Shown piece by piece: positions 36,820 to 49,600 of a stretch of DNA of 64,000 nt (the first letter of the stretch is position 1; each line of letters begins with the position of its first letter). Under the pieces are notes generated by a model. That model saw nothing but the letters and a program-made list of their open reading frames with translations, ran no database searches and was not told the origin of the DNA. A program made the position numbers and the translations under genes. This DNA comes from the human T2T-CHM13v2.0 reference genome, Homo sapiens: NCBI RefSeq assembly GCF_009914755.1, contig NC_060928.1; one strand, 5' to 3'.

Positions 36820-37090
36820 TCTTAAACCTAAATTGAAATTCAAGCTTTCTATAGCCATGTGACCTTGATTAATTCTCTAAATCATGCTCACCTTTAGTCT
36901 TCTCTTTTGTAATAGAAATTAAAAAAACCAGCTCAGAGAAGTTAAACAACTTTCATAAGCTATAAAATGAGTAAGGATCAAAGTACCTGCTTTTCATCCT
37001 TGGAATATCCCTGAGAGGGTAGAAAGGGGAAAATTATTATTTAAACTTCACAGGAAACAGAGTTAAATAGCAGAGCTGTGGCTTCACTTT
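36820..37090. mobile_element. MIR fragments in both orientations
   Basis: atgtgaccttga...; gctcagagaagttaaacaact MIR core-like motifs. Confidence 0.55.
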
Positions 37091-39459
37091 ATGGTTTTAA
37101 CAGCTCTTTTTACTACTTCATGCTGCCTTCTTAATCTCCATTAGATGTCTCAGCACCTCCAAAACCATCAAATTTGCCAAACAAATATCATATTAATCAA
37201 ATGACAATGTTATGCTTTTACCACAGCATGACAATTCTCTAAAAGGTGAACTGGGTCTAGGAGATGGAATAAATAAGCATAGTTGATAAATTTAGGGAAT
37301 TTTTTTTTGAATTAATTACTAATTCACTAGCATACCAAAAATAGAGGTAATTTTTGTTTTACCCATATATTTTAAAAGTTGTAAGTATAAACACATTTAA
37401 GGAAAGCACAAATATCACAATTCTAAAAATCAAGTTGTCTTCAAATCTCCATATTACCACACTGCTAGTTGTCAAGGCTGCCACACACTGCTACTTTCAA
37501 AGCCTGTTATAAACAACAATAAAACAAATTCTAGAGTTAAATGCTATTTTTCTAGAATCCAATAGCACTACATCCTATCTTTGGGTGAAGGCTGCCTCTC
37601 TGTGGTAGAATGCAATGTGACGTCTTCCCTAAGAGACAATCTTCTCCCTCATATTTTTAACTAGAAATCATCTGTATAATATTCAAAAACATACAGATTT
37701 AAATACAGTGCCTTAACCATTTCTTTCAGGATTATACTTTTGCCTTCATGTTTAGAAAAATCTTTCAACTGCAAGGAACAGCCTCACTCATTTAGGCAAG
37801 CACGTATAGCAAGAGATGAAAACAGCATTTTTTGCTAGTAACAGAAATCAAGTAAAAACGAATTGCTCAAAAAGAACAGTCATGTTTGCTGTCTTTTTTG
37901 AAAGCTGAAGTCATTATTCACTTTACACGGAGTGACCTCTGCTGGTCAGAAAGACACATATTAATGGACATCATATCTACCAGAAAGCAGCTGTTATCTT
38001 AATTTCCCCAAGTAATTACTCAGATATATTGTGTGTCATAAGAGGAAGTTGGTTATTCACTTACAGTGCAACAATACAGGAGCATATCCTATTTCAAATA
38101 CTGAAAGTCAAGAAGCAAATATCAAATGGATATCTTTTACAAACATTGAGTTAATTGTTATTTCTTCACTAATGTCCATTGTTAGTTGAAATAAAAGTAG
38201 ACTCAAAAGGTCTTCTTATTATAAGACTTATTTTGAAAGGAAGTATACTCTATAATAAAAAAAATTAAGATTTTGGTATTTTTAACTATATGATGACCGA
38301 AAGCTTAGCATTTGTACACTATTAACTGAAATAAACAAAACATATTTATACAATAAACATATGACTTGTTACAGCTCAGAAGTAAAGAATTTATTTAGCT
38401 AAGTAATACAGTTACAAAAATTACATTTACCTTCTCTAAAACAGAACATGGTACACATCAGAAACTGTAAAACCTAATTAGGAGACAGTATCCAGAGACT
38501 CAGAGTAAACATTTAAACAACCAATATCAAAATACTCTTTTTAAAACATATATCACTGCAAAAACTGTGCAGATTGTTTTTCTTTATAATTTTAATAGAG
38601 GTCACAACCTTTGACATGAAATATATCAATAAAAACACCAAAGAATGTTGCCTACAAAAATTTTTTATTAAGAAAATTATTATATATCCTGATTGCTAAT
38701 TATCACAATGTCCCCCTCCCCTCCTTTTTTTTTCTTTTTAACAATGTCCAGGAGGGGAAAAAAAAAAAAAGAAGCATATTTGGTCTTTGCTTCAGCAAAT
38801 ACTGAAATCTATTTATATGCAAATAAGCTATCCATGATTAGTATGAGAAAAGACTTGTGTATAAATGAGACATAAATTATCACTAGAAGCCATTAATGAA
38901 ATCTATTTCAAAACATAACATTTTACAAGAGCCCTCACTCATGTAATATTTGCTTAAGCCTGGAGGGGAAATGGTGAGTTCTACACTTAGATGAAATCTG
39001 ATACTACATTATTTCCCATGCCAATATGTTTTATAAAATGAATTTATCCTTTCCTTAAAAATGACTGGATAATTGTAACTCCAGTCTTTTTAGAGAACTT
39101 CATCATTAAAATCAGAGCCTTATGTGTTTGTCACATAATTGCCACACTTTTTGAGGGGTTTTATTTTGTGTCTGTTAGAATAATTGTCATTCTTTAGGGT
39201 TTAAAATGTTAACATTCATTTTGATATTCTACATATATTCATTTTTATATTCTGAATATAAAAATGAATAGATGAGTCTTAAGAGGGAACATGAGTCTTT
39301 CTGGAATAAGTTGAATTTCTATTGAAAATAATAAAATAAGCAATAATTAATAGACCTATAAAACACTTTTGTATACTTTTTTCATTTTCTTTTGGGATAT
39401 CTTGTTTTGTTCTCCTTTACATCATAAATTTCTTTAGTCCATATTTGAGTCTCTGCCAA

Positions 39460-39773
<314 letters not shown>

Positions 39774-39969
39774 GAGTCCCTGCCAATTTTAAATATTGGA
39801 GATATTTCTTCTTTCTGTCATCTACTGAGCTTTTCCTAGGATGCCAAATGTTGAAGAGAAATCCTTCGTTTTAAAATAGTTAAGCTTAGATTTTTTTTTT
39901 ATAGTCGTTACTTTTGGAGTTTTTAGTAAGAAGTATTTCCCCACTTTCTAGGTTGTAACAGTATTCTCT

Positions 39970-40154
39970 TAGACACTGAGGACTCCAAAAGGGGGGAGGG
40001 AGGGGTTAAGGGTAAAAATCTACTTATTGGATACTGTGTTCACTATTGGGATGACGGATTCAATGGAAGACCAAACCCCACCATTATGCAATATATTCAT
40101 GCAGCAAACATGCAAGTGTACCCACTGAATCTGATTTCTTTTTAATTAAAAAAT
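39970..40154 (+). mobile_element. Short L1 3' end (about L1PA15-16)
   Basis: 3' UTR agacactgaggactcc...gtacccactgaatct; TSD cagtattc(t/a)ct. Confidence 0.8.
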
Positions 40155-40282
40155 CAGTATTCACTGATATTTTCTTCAAATAACTTTGTAGTTTTACCTT
40201 TCCATTTAGGTCTTTAATCCATATAGATTCCATTTTTGTGCATGGTATTTTGTAAGGATCTAATCTTATTTTCTCTGGTAAA

Positions 40283-40638
40283 TGTATTGGTCCATTTTCA
40301 CACTGCTATAAAGAACTGCCTGAGACTGGGTAATTTATAAGCAGAAAAGGTTTAATTGACTCACATTTCCATGTGGCTAGGGAGGCCTCAGGAAATGTAC
40401 AGGCATGGTGGAAGGTGAAAGGGAAGCAGGCACTTCTTCACGAGGCAGTAGGAGAGAGAGCATGAAGAGGGAAGTGCCACTTTTAAACCATCAGATCTTG
40501 TGATAACACTATCATGAGAATGGCATAAGGGAAACTGTTCCCATGATCCAATCACCTCCAACCAGGTCCCTCCCTCAACACGTGGTGATTACAATTTGAG
40601 ATGAGATTTGGGTGGGGACACAGAGCCAAACCGTATCA
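40283..40638 (-). mobile_element. THE1D/MSTA-type MaLR solo LTR
   Basis: TG...CA termini; gagatttgggtggggacacagagccaaacc; 5-bp TSD gtaaa/gtaag. Confidence 0.92.
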
Positions 40639-41989
40639 GTAAGTTTGTCAGTTTTCCCAGTATGTCAACTAAATAATTTTTGTTTACCTATTGAGTTGCA
40701 GTGACATCTTTACAATAAATTGTCTTCACATATACATTAATCTGTCTCTGAATTTTCTGTTTCCTTATCCATTTGTCTTGCTTTTGTGACAAAACCGCAA
40801 AGTTTTTATTAATATAGATTTGCAGTGTGTCTTAATAAATGGTATTGGAATTTCTCCCCTTCTCTATTCCTTTTTTTAAGCTCTTCATATACCTTTATTT
40901 TTACACACATTTATATGAGATCATTAATTTCTTCAAAATATCCAACTGGAATCTTAAGTGGGGTTACATTTATAGATTAAGAAAAGTAAAACTGATATCT
41001 TGACTATATAAAGTCATCACATTCAAGTGCCTAGAATAGCTCTTCATTTATTCAGACCACTATCTATGTCTATTATTAGTTTAAAAATTCTCTTTATGAA
41101 ATTGTTTTTTCTTATTTAATCCTAGGAACGTTATTTTTACGGTGAGTTGTACATTATTTCATTACTCTTTTGAAAATGATCACTGCTGGTATTGAGAACT
41201 GTTACTGGCTGTGTAAGTCATTCTCTATCCAGCAAGTGTGGTGAATTTTCTTATCAGTTCTAGTAGTTTCTGGATATTTTTTAAATTTGCTATATGATGC
41301 TATAATCTGCAATTTAAAGTAGGTTTATATCTTTTCTTCCAATACTTCCTTCTTTTTGTGTTATTAGGTATTCTATCCTTAGGTATTGATGTGAACCACC
41401 TACTTTGTTAAGAAGGTGTGGTAATAGTAGGTATCCTTGTCTGCCTTTCTTTAAGAATAATATCTTAGTATTATAGCCTTTATCAAGTTAAGAAAGTTAC
41501 TTGTATTCATAACTTTCTGAGATTTTTAAATCACAATAGGTATATTTAATTTAAAAATTGCTTATGCAGGTCTTTATTCAAGTACTTCTTGAAAGAGTAC
41601 AGTACAGAAATATGAGAATACCCTAGAAAACACTGCTCCCAGAACTCTTCTTGACTCAAATCCTGTTGATTTATCTTTGCTTTTAGGTGACTAGGCAGTT
41701 TAGAATGCAATATATTTTTGCCTATCTCCCCCTACTATGCTTAATACTTGCTATTACGAGAAAAGAGCATGTGCAAATGAGGATGAGGTATGATAGTGGG
41801 AAGGCAGTCGGGTGTTCTACTTATTCATCCTAAAGTCCACTAATAAATTCATCTTAAATTCCAATAATACATACATCCCTTCCTCTGCTAACCTACACAG
41901 AGTTGCAAGTCAGAACTGTTGCTGAAAGGGAGACCAAGAAGAGAATAGTACCACTTTTTTTTTTAGTGCACCCAAAGAGCACCCAAACT

Positions 41990-42850
41990 AGATAAATATT
42001 TAGTCTTTGTTTCCTTAAGTATGATAAGAAATAGCCACATGAAAGACAAAGACCAAAATAAATAGAAAAACTGACCCTGAAGAAAAAAAAATAGTTTAGG
42101 AAAATATAGAAAATATATAACTTTCAAAATTGAATAGTATGATGAAATACATTCACAATAATATTGCATCTATAAAACAAACAGCATTCTGAGAACAATG
42201 TACTCCAGGAGCACATAACTGTTGGTATAGAAAATTATAAGAAAAATAGCTTACAAAAACCCTTACAGAATTTAGAGTAAAAAGGCAGAGAGAGAGAAAA
42301 AATATGAAAGATAAAAAGATATTTAAAAAAAAATTCTATTGGAACCAAAATCCATGTTTCCAGAAAGACAAAATTAAAATGCTGAAAACAAATTACAAAA
42401 TACAGATTGCTTAAAAAAGATAGAATTCTTCAAATGTAAAAGGACACTATAAAACATAAACGACCTGAGTCCAGGCATTGAAAGATATTCAGCCGTAGAT
42501 ATATTACTGTGAAACTGTAGAACATTAAGAAGTTTTTAAAATTCTAAATGTTTCCAAAAAAAGGAAGGTCTTAAGTCCCCCACAAAGGAAAAAAAAATCA
42601 AAATGCCTTCTGATCGTATTGGCATCAGCAAAACCAGATTCTAGAAGACAATGAAGCAAAAGAAAAAAAAGTAAGATCAAAAGGAAGATATCTTGAAATA
42701 TAAAGTCCTGCCACCACCTCTATAAAATGAAAGCCCAGGTTTAATACAAATCAGGCCTAGAGAAAAATCAATCCAAACAAAAACAGATCAATGGGCTCCA
42801 GAAAAGAGGTCTCCAGAGGGGTTGAAACTTTGGATAAAATGAGAATCAAC
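41990..42850 (+). mobile_element. Possible ancient L1ME/HAL1 ORF1-region remnant
   Basis: A-rich, with motifs like atattactgtgaaa and ctagaagacaatgaagcaa seen in old L1 ORF1. Confidence 0.4.
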
Positions 42851-42861
42851 TCAAGAAAAAA

Positions 42862-43135
42862 GTAGACAATTTGTATGATATTGTACTCATATGAGGTGGC
42901 TAAAGTAGTCAAATTCATAGAGACAGAAAATAGAATGGTAGTGGTCAGGGGCTAGAGAGGAAGTTATTGTTTAATGACAAGAGTTTCAAGTTTTGCAAAA
43001 TGAAAAGAGTTCTGTGGATAGATGGTGGTGATGAAGCACACAATGTGAATGTACTTAATGCCACTGTGTACACTTTAAAATGATTAAGATGGTAAATTTT
43101 CTCTTACGTGTATTTTGCTACAGTTTTTAAAAAGA
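42862..43135 (+). mobile_element. L1MB 3' end
   Basis: agtagtcaaattcatagagacagaaaatagaatggt...aatgtgaatgtacttaatgccact. Confidence 0.85.
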
Positions 43136-43449
43136 TAAAATTCCAGATAACTGTGTAAGAAAGTAATGATCTAGATCTGAAACTAAATTAAAAAGTGACA
43201 AAATTTAAGCAACTAATGACATGCAGAAGTGGAAATCCAAGTGATTCTTATGCCAAAATATTCTACTTTGAGAATATTAAAGATTATGGCTTTGGTGCCA
43301 CAGAAAGAAAATTAATCCTTGCATTCTACTTCACTCATCACTGAGTAATTTTTAAATTTTGTTTCTGGGACTTTGAATTAATAAGGAAAAGTTTATTGCT
43401 TTTCTCTAAGCTCTTCTATACAAGTTGGTTTGGTACTATGTGCATATAT

Positions 43450-43527
43450 CATACACACACACATAATACAAACATACACACACACACACACATAATACAA
43501 ACATACACACACACACACACACACAGA
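43450..43527. repeat. Interrupted (CA)n microsatellite
   Basis: Three CA runs separated by a repeated taatacaaacata spacer. Confidence 0.9.
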
Positions 43528-45540
43528 GAATATACCTATGTTGGCAAGAGGCCTCCTCCAACTGATTCTTTTCATTCCATCTGCTGTGATGTTTCATTGA
43601 AAATGAAATTATTGTTAAGCATTATTCTATCTCTATACCTTCTGTTTCTAAAACTATATGTTCTGTAGAGATAGAAACAAGGTTTTGAAAAGAAGGGAAT
43701 TATACTTCATTCTGAAATATCTGAGTCTTTAAGTGTATTCTGAAATTCACAAAGTCATCAGAAGGAATAGGTGAAAATTAGACACATAATTACTTATAGT
43801 TTGGCTTCTACAGTAAAATGTCATTGAAAATGTAGAATTATGTAAATAAATATATTAGGCATATAATGTGTATATGTAAATGTATTTATAAATTAATAAT
43901 GTGTCTATCTCATGATTCCATATTAGTTTTATATTTATCTTTCTAATATTTATTTTCCTTAATAAAACCATCTAGAAATTAAAATAAATCACCTTTTTTA
44001 TGAGTATGATTATCCATACCTAATTTTCCATCATGGGTCTTGTTGTATGTCAGTGAAAAGTTGATATGTTTACTATATGAATAGGATAAAACAGGTAAAG
44101 ATGACAACGTTTATTTTATCAGCCATACACAAAAAACAGAAACTAGCTTTTCTAAGCACTGAAGCAATATACCCCCAGGTTTTTTATGCAGAATGCAAGT
44201 TTTCATAGAATGTTAGCTGATATAACACACTATAAAGCATTCTGTGGTCAAATTTGGGGAAGGTTAGATTAAACAAGGTTCAAACAGGTTTATTACAGGT
44301 CATATCAGAGCCTGTGATATGCTAATTCACACATAAAGAAAAAATACAGCTTGTGCATTTCCAACACGTATGATCATGGATTCCTTTTTTTTTTTTCACA
44401 ATTTTCTTACAAAACTAGTGTTTGTGTAAATTAATTTAAAAATTTTTGATTTCCAGGATAGCCACATTAGTGTTTTCAACATACTAATTCTAAAATTATA
44501 ATTTAAATTTTAGCTATGATTCCAGTTAAGAAGCACAAATGAAAGCAGAGATAGAATCATTATACTTTTTTCTACTGTTATTAAAAAATTTCCAAGTAAA
44601 TTATAGTTAAATAGTTCACATCAAAAAGCCATTTATATCATCTTTGGTTTTGGATATTATGGAACTGTGCTCTCCTAGTTTGCATAATCTGTCATCTTTA
44701 GCAAATGCATATTATCTAATCAGACAATAGCTTCATCAGTTCAGCATGTAATAACTTCAGATGGCCATAAAGTATGAACCAAAGAATTCTGTTAATAGGG
44801 AATGGTATTGTCTATACTTGGCCACAGCTGCAAGAAACTTATTCATTTATGTTATCTTCAACCTCTTTCTCCTCTAATCAAAAAAAAAATCTCAGCAGCA
44901 TAGTGGCTGAGGTAAGTCTGAAACATGTATGATAGAATTACACAATAAAAGCAAATATTGATAACCAAAGAAATGAGATAATTTTGATGTCAAGGAGTTC
45001 ATTTATTTCTAAGTATTAGTAAAAAGACCTTCCATTTTACTGATGACAGTATTTACCTTTACTAGTATTTTTAAAATTTCCTATGAAGCAAAAAATATGA
45101 CGTAACTCGGTAGAAATTATTTCCTTTAGATTGAAGAAATCTATATGCAGAATTATTTTCAAGTTGTTGTTTTCTTGACAATGTATTTACTTCCTCTCTT
45201 GTATGACCAGAGTAATTTATTTCTGATCATCACAAACAGAAGAAAATTTAGGATCCAACCTTGGTGAAAGCCTTATTTGGCCCAGAAAGAGAGTCACTTT
45301 CAAATCTGAGCATACCTGTTGAAGTGTCTGACCCAGAGCTGAGGAAAAAAAAAAATTCATAAGGAGAATGCTCAGCTGGAGTCATACAACCTACCTAACC
45401 TGATCAAACCACTCAGAAGATCCTATAGAAATACTACATCCACATCAGGCTACAGAAAATATTATTTAAAGTACAAAGAAGCAAAGAAAAACTAACTTAT
45501 CCCTACAAATATCTCCAGAAATCTTTTTATCAAAGAAATC

Positions 45541-45723
45541 TGTGTGTTTGTGTGTATGTGCATGCATGTGTGTGTGTGAGAGAAAGAGAGAGAGAGAAAG
45601 AAAGATACAGAGAGACAAAGAAAGAGAGACAGAGAAAGAAGCAGAGTGGGAGAAAGAAAGAGACAGAGACAAAGACAGAGGAAAAAAATGGCTTTTCATT
45701 CCACTGATGACAAGGCCCCAAGA

Positions 45724-45755
<32 letters not shown>
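45541..45755. repeat. (TG)n-(GA)n tract followed by a (TC)n tract
   Basis: Directly visible simple repeats at 45541-45680 and 45726-45755. Confidence 0.9.
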
Positions 45756-45758
<3 letters not shown>

Positions 45759-45962
45759 GGCTCACTGAGGAAACAGAAAAGAGTCATAACTCTAGATCTT
45801 AAAATCCTCATCCAATTTCTAAGACTCAGGCCCTCATCTAATTTCTGTTGAAAAAAAAAAGCATCTATTATCAACTTTTGGAGGAGCTTTGAGTGACACT
45901 GGTAGACTTTAGGGAAGAATATATGACTTTTGCTATCTTTCAGATTTGGAGAATAGAATGTA

Positions 45963-46059
45963 CTTGGTTGGTGGAAAAGTAATCATGTTTTTTGCCATTC
46001 TTTAATTCCCATGAATAAAAGCAATAGCAAAAACCACAATTACTTTTGCATCAATCTAA
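45963..46059. mobile_element. MADE1 (Hsmar1-derived MITE) with lengthened centre
   Basis: TIRs ggttggtggaaaagtaat...tttttgcca and gcaaaaaccacaattacttttgcatcaatctaa, flanked by TA. Confidence 0.9.
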
Positions 46060-46659
46060 TAACTCATGTCACAGTTTCTTTTATTTTGGTGAAGCCACCT
46101 ATATGAGTGATTTAGTCAGAACTTTGGAATCAGATTAATTTTGTCAACGGTTATCAAAATAGAAATATATTAGAAACTGAATTTGGCATGTCTCTTTGAT
46201 AATGCTGTCTCTGCAGACTCTGAATTTTGAGGGAGGAGTTCTTTCCCCTATTACACAATCAGGAATTTGAAACTGTACAAGGTGAGTAAAGGGGATTGGA
46301 ACTAGCCCACAGATAAAAGATTCAAAGCCAGGCTGCATCCAACATCATAAACCCTCCTAACAAGAGTAACAAGGAATTAAGGTAAAAGACCATAGGAAAA
46401 ATACTAAAGGACCCAGACAAGAGCAATACAATTTGTCACAAGTGTTTAGAAGCATAGACTTTATAAAGCCAATTTATTTTAAAGTGCCTTTTTTTCCTGC
46501 TATTGTAAATGGGATTTTTTTGCTTGATTTCTTTTTCAGATAGTTTGCTGTTATTGCCTAGAAAAACTACTGATTTTTGTATGTATATTTTGTATCTTGC
46601 AGCTATACTGAATTCATTTATTAGTTCTCAGAGTTCCTTGGTGAAGTCTTTAGGGCTTT

Positions 46660-49600
46660 TCTTTTTCAACTTTTATTTTAGATACAGGGGTACATATGCG
46701 GATGTTACATGGATATGTTGTGTGATGCTGAGGTTTGGAGTGTGACTGAACCCATAACTCAGGCAGAGTGCATAGTAAGCAGTAGGCAGTTTTTTTAACT
46801 CTTGCCTCCCTCCCTCACTGCCTCGTCTTGTATTCCCCAGTGTCTACTGACCCATCTTTATGTCCACCTGTACCCAGTGTTTAAATCCCACATACAAGTG
46901 AGAACATGAGGAATTTGGTTTTCTGTTTCTGCATTACTTAGATTAGGACAATGGCCTTCAGTTGCATCCATGTTGCTGCAAAGGACATGATTTCATTCTT
47001 TTTATGGCTGTGTAGTATGCCATGGTATATATGTACGACATTTTCTTTATCCAATACACCACTGATGGATGCCTAGATTGATTCCATGATTTTGCTGTTG
47101 TGAATAGCACTGTGATGAACATATGGATGCATGTGTTTTTTTGGTGGAATGATTTGTTTTCCTTTGAGTAAATACCCAGTAATGGGATTGCTGGGTTAAA
47201 TGGTAGTTCAACTCTTAGTTCCTTGAGGAATCTCCAAACTGCTCTCCACAGTGGCCATATATCCTTACATATGTTTTCCAAATTGCTTACCCTGTCTCCT
47301 CTCTCAGAAATGCCAATGAGTCATTGGTTTGGTCTCTTTACAAAATCACATAGTTCTGAAAGGTTTTGTTCATTTTTTTTAAATCTTTTTTTCTGACTGG
47401 ATTGATTCAAAGAATCAGTCTTCAAACTCTGAGATTCTTTCCTCAGCTTGTTCTAATCTGTTATTAATACTTCCAACTTCATTATGAAATCCCTGTAGTG
47501 AATTTTTCAACTCCAGAAGTTCAGTTTGCTTCTTTCTTAAAATGGCTGTGTTATCTTTCAACTCTTGGATCATTTTATTAGCTTCCTTGGATTGAATTTC
47601 AACTTTTTCCTGAATCTTGAGCTTTTGTGCCATCCAGATTTGAATTCCGTATTTGTCATTTCAGCCACTTCAATATGGTTAGGAACCATTGCTGGGAGCC
47701 AGTGTGATTATTTGGAGGCAAGGAGGCACTCTGACTTTATCAGTTGCCACAGTTCTTTCACTGATTCTTTCTCATCTGAGAGGGCTAGTGTTCCTCTATC
47801 ATTTTCAAGTTGCTGTCATTGAGATGGAGCTTTTTGTTTTTATATTCTTTAATTCCCTTGAGGGTTTGACTGTGGTGTACGCTGAGTATAGTCAATTGGC
47901 TTTGTTTCTGGGTGCTTCAGAGGGCCAAACCTCTCTATAGGATCTTCATTTGTGGCTAGATTCCTGCATTGGGTTTCACAGGTGATGTGTCCTCAAAGAA
48001 TTTTTGTTCGGTGGCGTCATTTAGGCTACCTCCAGTATATTACACTTAAGAGTAAGGGCCAACAGACAGATTTTTAGCCACGTGCCTCTTCTGTATTTCA
48101 GTGCGTTCGCAGCATGCTCCTGGGTGAGGGTTGGGAAGCCTAGAGAGGAAGGTTGGGAAGCCTAGAGATGAAGCCTAGGAAGCTCATGCTTCCCCAACCA
48201 GGTCTCCTTCCGGTGTCTGCCCCAGAAGCTGGCCTGAACATCTAGTTTTGTCCCAAGCCTTCTGTGCCCAGATGCCTGGGCTGTTAGGTGTTCTGCTGGG
48301 TTCCCTCAGGCAGAGGCTGCAGTTGGCAAAGAGGGTTCACCTTTCATAGACTGCTCTTGAGAAGAGGGGCACGTCCAGCTCCCACACCAGTCCATGAAAC
48401 CTGGGACTCACTCTTCTCAGTGTTCTGAGGATGGGGGCTCCTTCCCCACTTAAGCTGCATCTACAGATCTCAGCTAGATACTCCTGATCTGTGTGCACGA
48501 ACCTGGGGGTTTGGGACCAGACCTGCAGCTTTGTCCTTTGGCCCCTTTGTCCTCTGGTCCCTTTGTCCTTTGGCCCCCATGGGGCCAAAATGCTCCCATG
48601 CCTCAGCATAGCACTAAGGCAGGGCAGTGGAGGTTGTGCATGCTCTTATAGGGGCAGCCAGGCAGGGTCCTTGGGAGGGGCCCACAGACAGGTAAGCATG
48701 AAGATTAGATGGGCCCCAGTCCCATAGGAAAGACAGCCCTGCTCTCTCTCAGCCCTGCAGTTAGTAGGGGCCAGAGCTGCTCAGAGCAAGATGGAGAGCC
48801 TCAAGGGACAGGCACCTATGGTCGCATTTTGCCGCAGCTGCCCCATTCACAAAATCTTCTGGGCTTGGCACAGGCTGGAGCTCTCCCTCCATCTCCTCTC
48901 TGGGAAGCTCCCACTGCCCATTCAAATTTCTATGGGTTTTTTCCAGTGTTGTCTTCCAGAATGCTTATAGTTTCAGGTCTTATATTTAAGTCATTGATCC
49001 ATCTTCAATTGATATTTTTATAAGGTGAGAGATAGCGATCCAGTTTCATTCGTCTTCATATGGCTTGCCAGTTTTCCCAGCACACCATTTATTAAATAGG
49101 GTGTCCATTCCCCAATTTATGTTTTTGTATGCTTTATCAAAGATCAGTTGGCTATATATATTTGGCTTACATAAAGAATTCAAGGATAAGACCCCAAAAA
49201 CAAATGCAACAAAAAGAAAAATAAATAAGCAGGACCTCGTTAAAAGCTTCTGCACAGAAAAAAGAAATAATTAGCAGAGTAAACAGACAACCCACAAGAA
49301 AATATTTGGAAACTATGGATGGGAGAAAATATTTGCAAGCTACGCATCTGACAAAGCACTGATATCCAGAATCTAAAAAGAATTCAAACAAATCAGCAAG
49401 AAAAAAAAAATAATCACATTAAAAAGTGAGTGAAGGACATGAATAGACATTTCACCAAAGAAGATATAAAAATGGCCAACAAACATGAAAAAATGCTAAA
49501 ACCACTAATCATCAGGGAAATGCAATTTACAACCACAATGAGATACTACTTTACTCCTGTAAGAATGGTCATTATTAAAAAGTAACAAAAACCATAGATG

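Larger units (their letters stand above)
39780..41560 (-). mobile_element. Highly decayed old L1 (L1M/L1ME) ORF2 region hosting later insertions
   Basis: Antisense L1 motifs catttaggtctttaatccat, ttctctatccagcaa, gtatccttgtct, tttatcaagttaagaaagtt. Confidence 0.7.

Noticed and set aside
38425-38480. Possible minus-strand 43-nt exon (taattag|...agagaag|gtaaat)
   Set aside because: Weak acceptor, no recognisable peptide and no partner exons.
43393-45802. Low-complexity ORFs (CVCV, HTHT, ERER, SLSL)
   Set aside because: Translations of dinucleotide microsatellites.
48129-48178. Short direct repeats ggttgggaagcctagaga
   Set aside because: Ordinary 22-bp slippage duplication in an L1 5' UTR.
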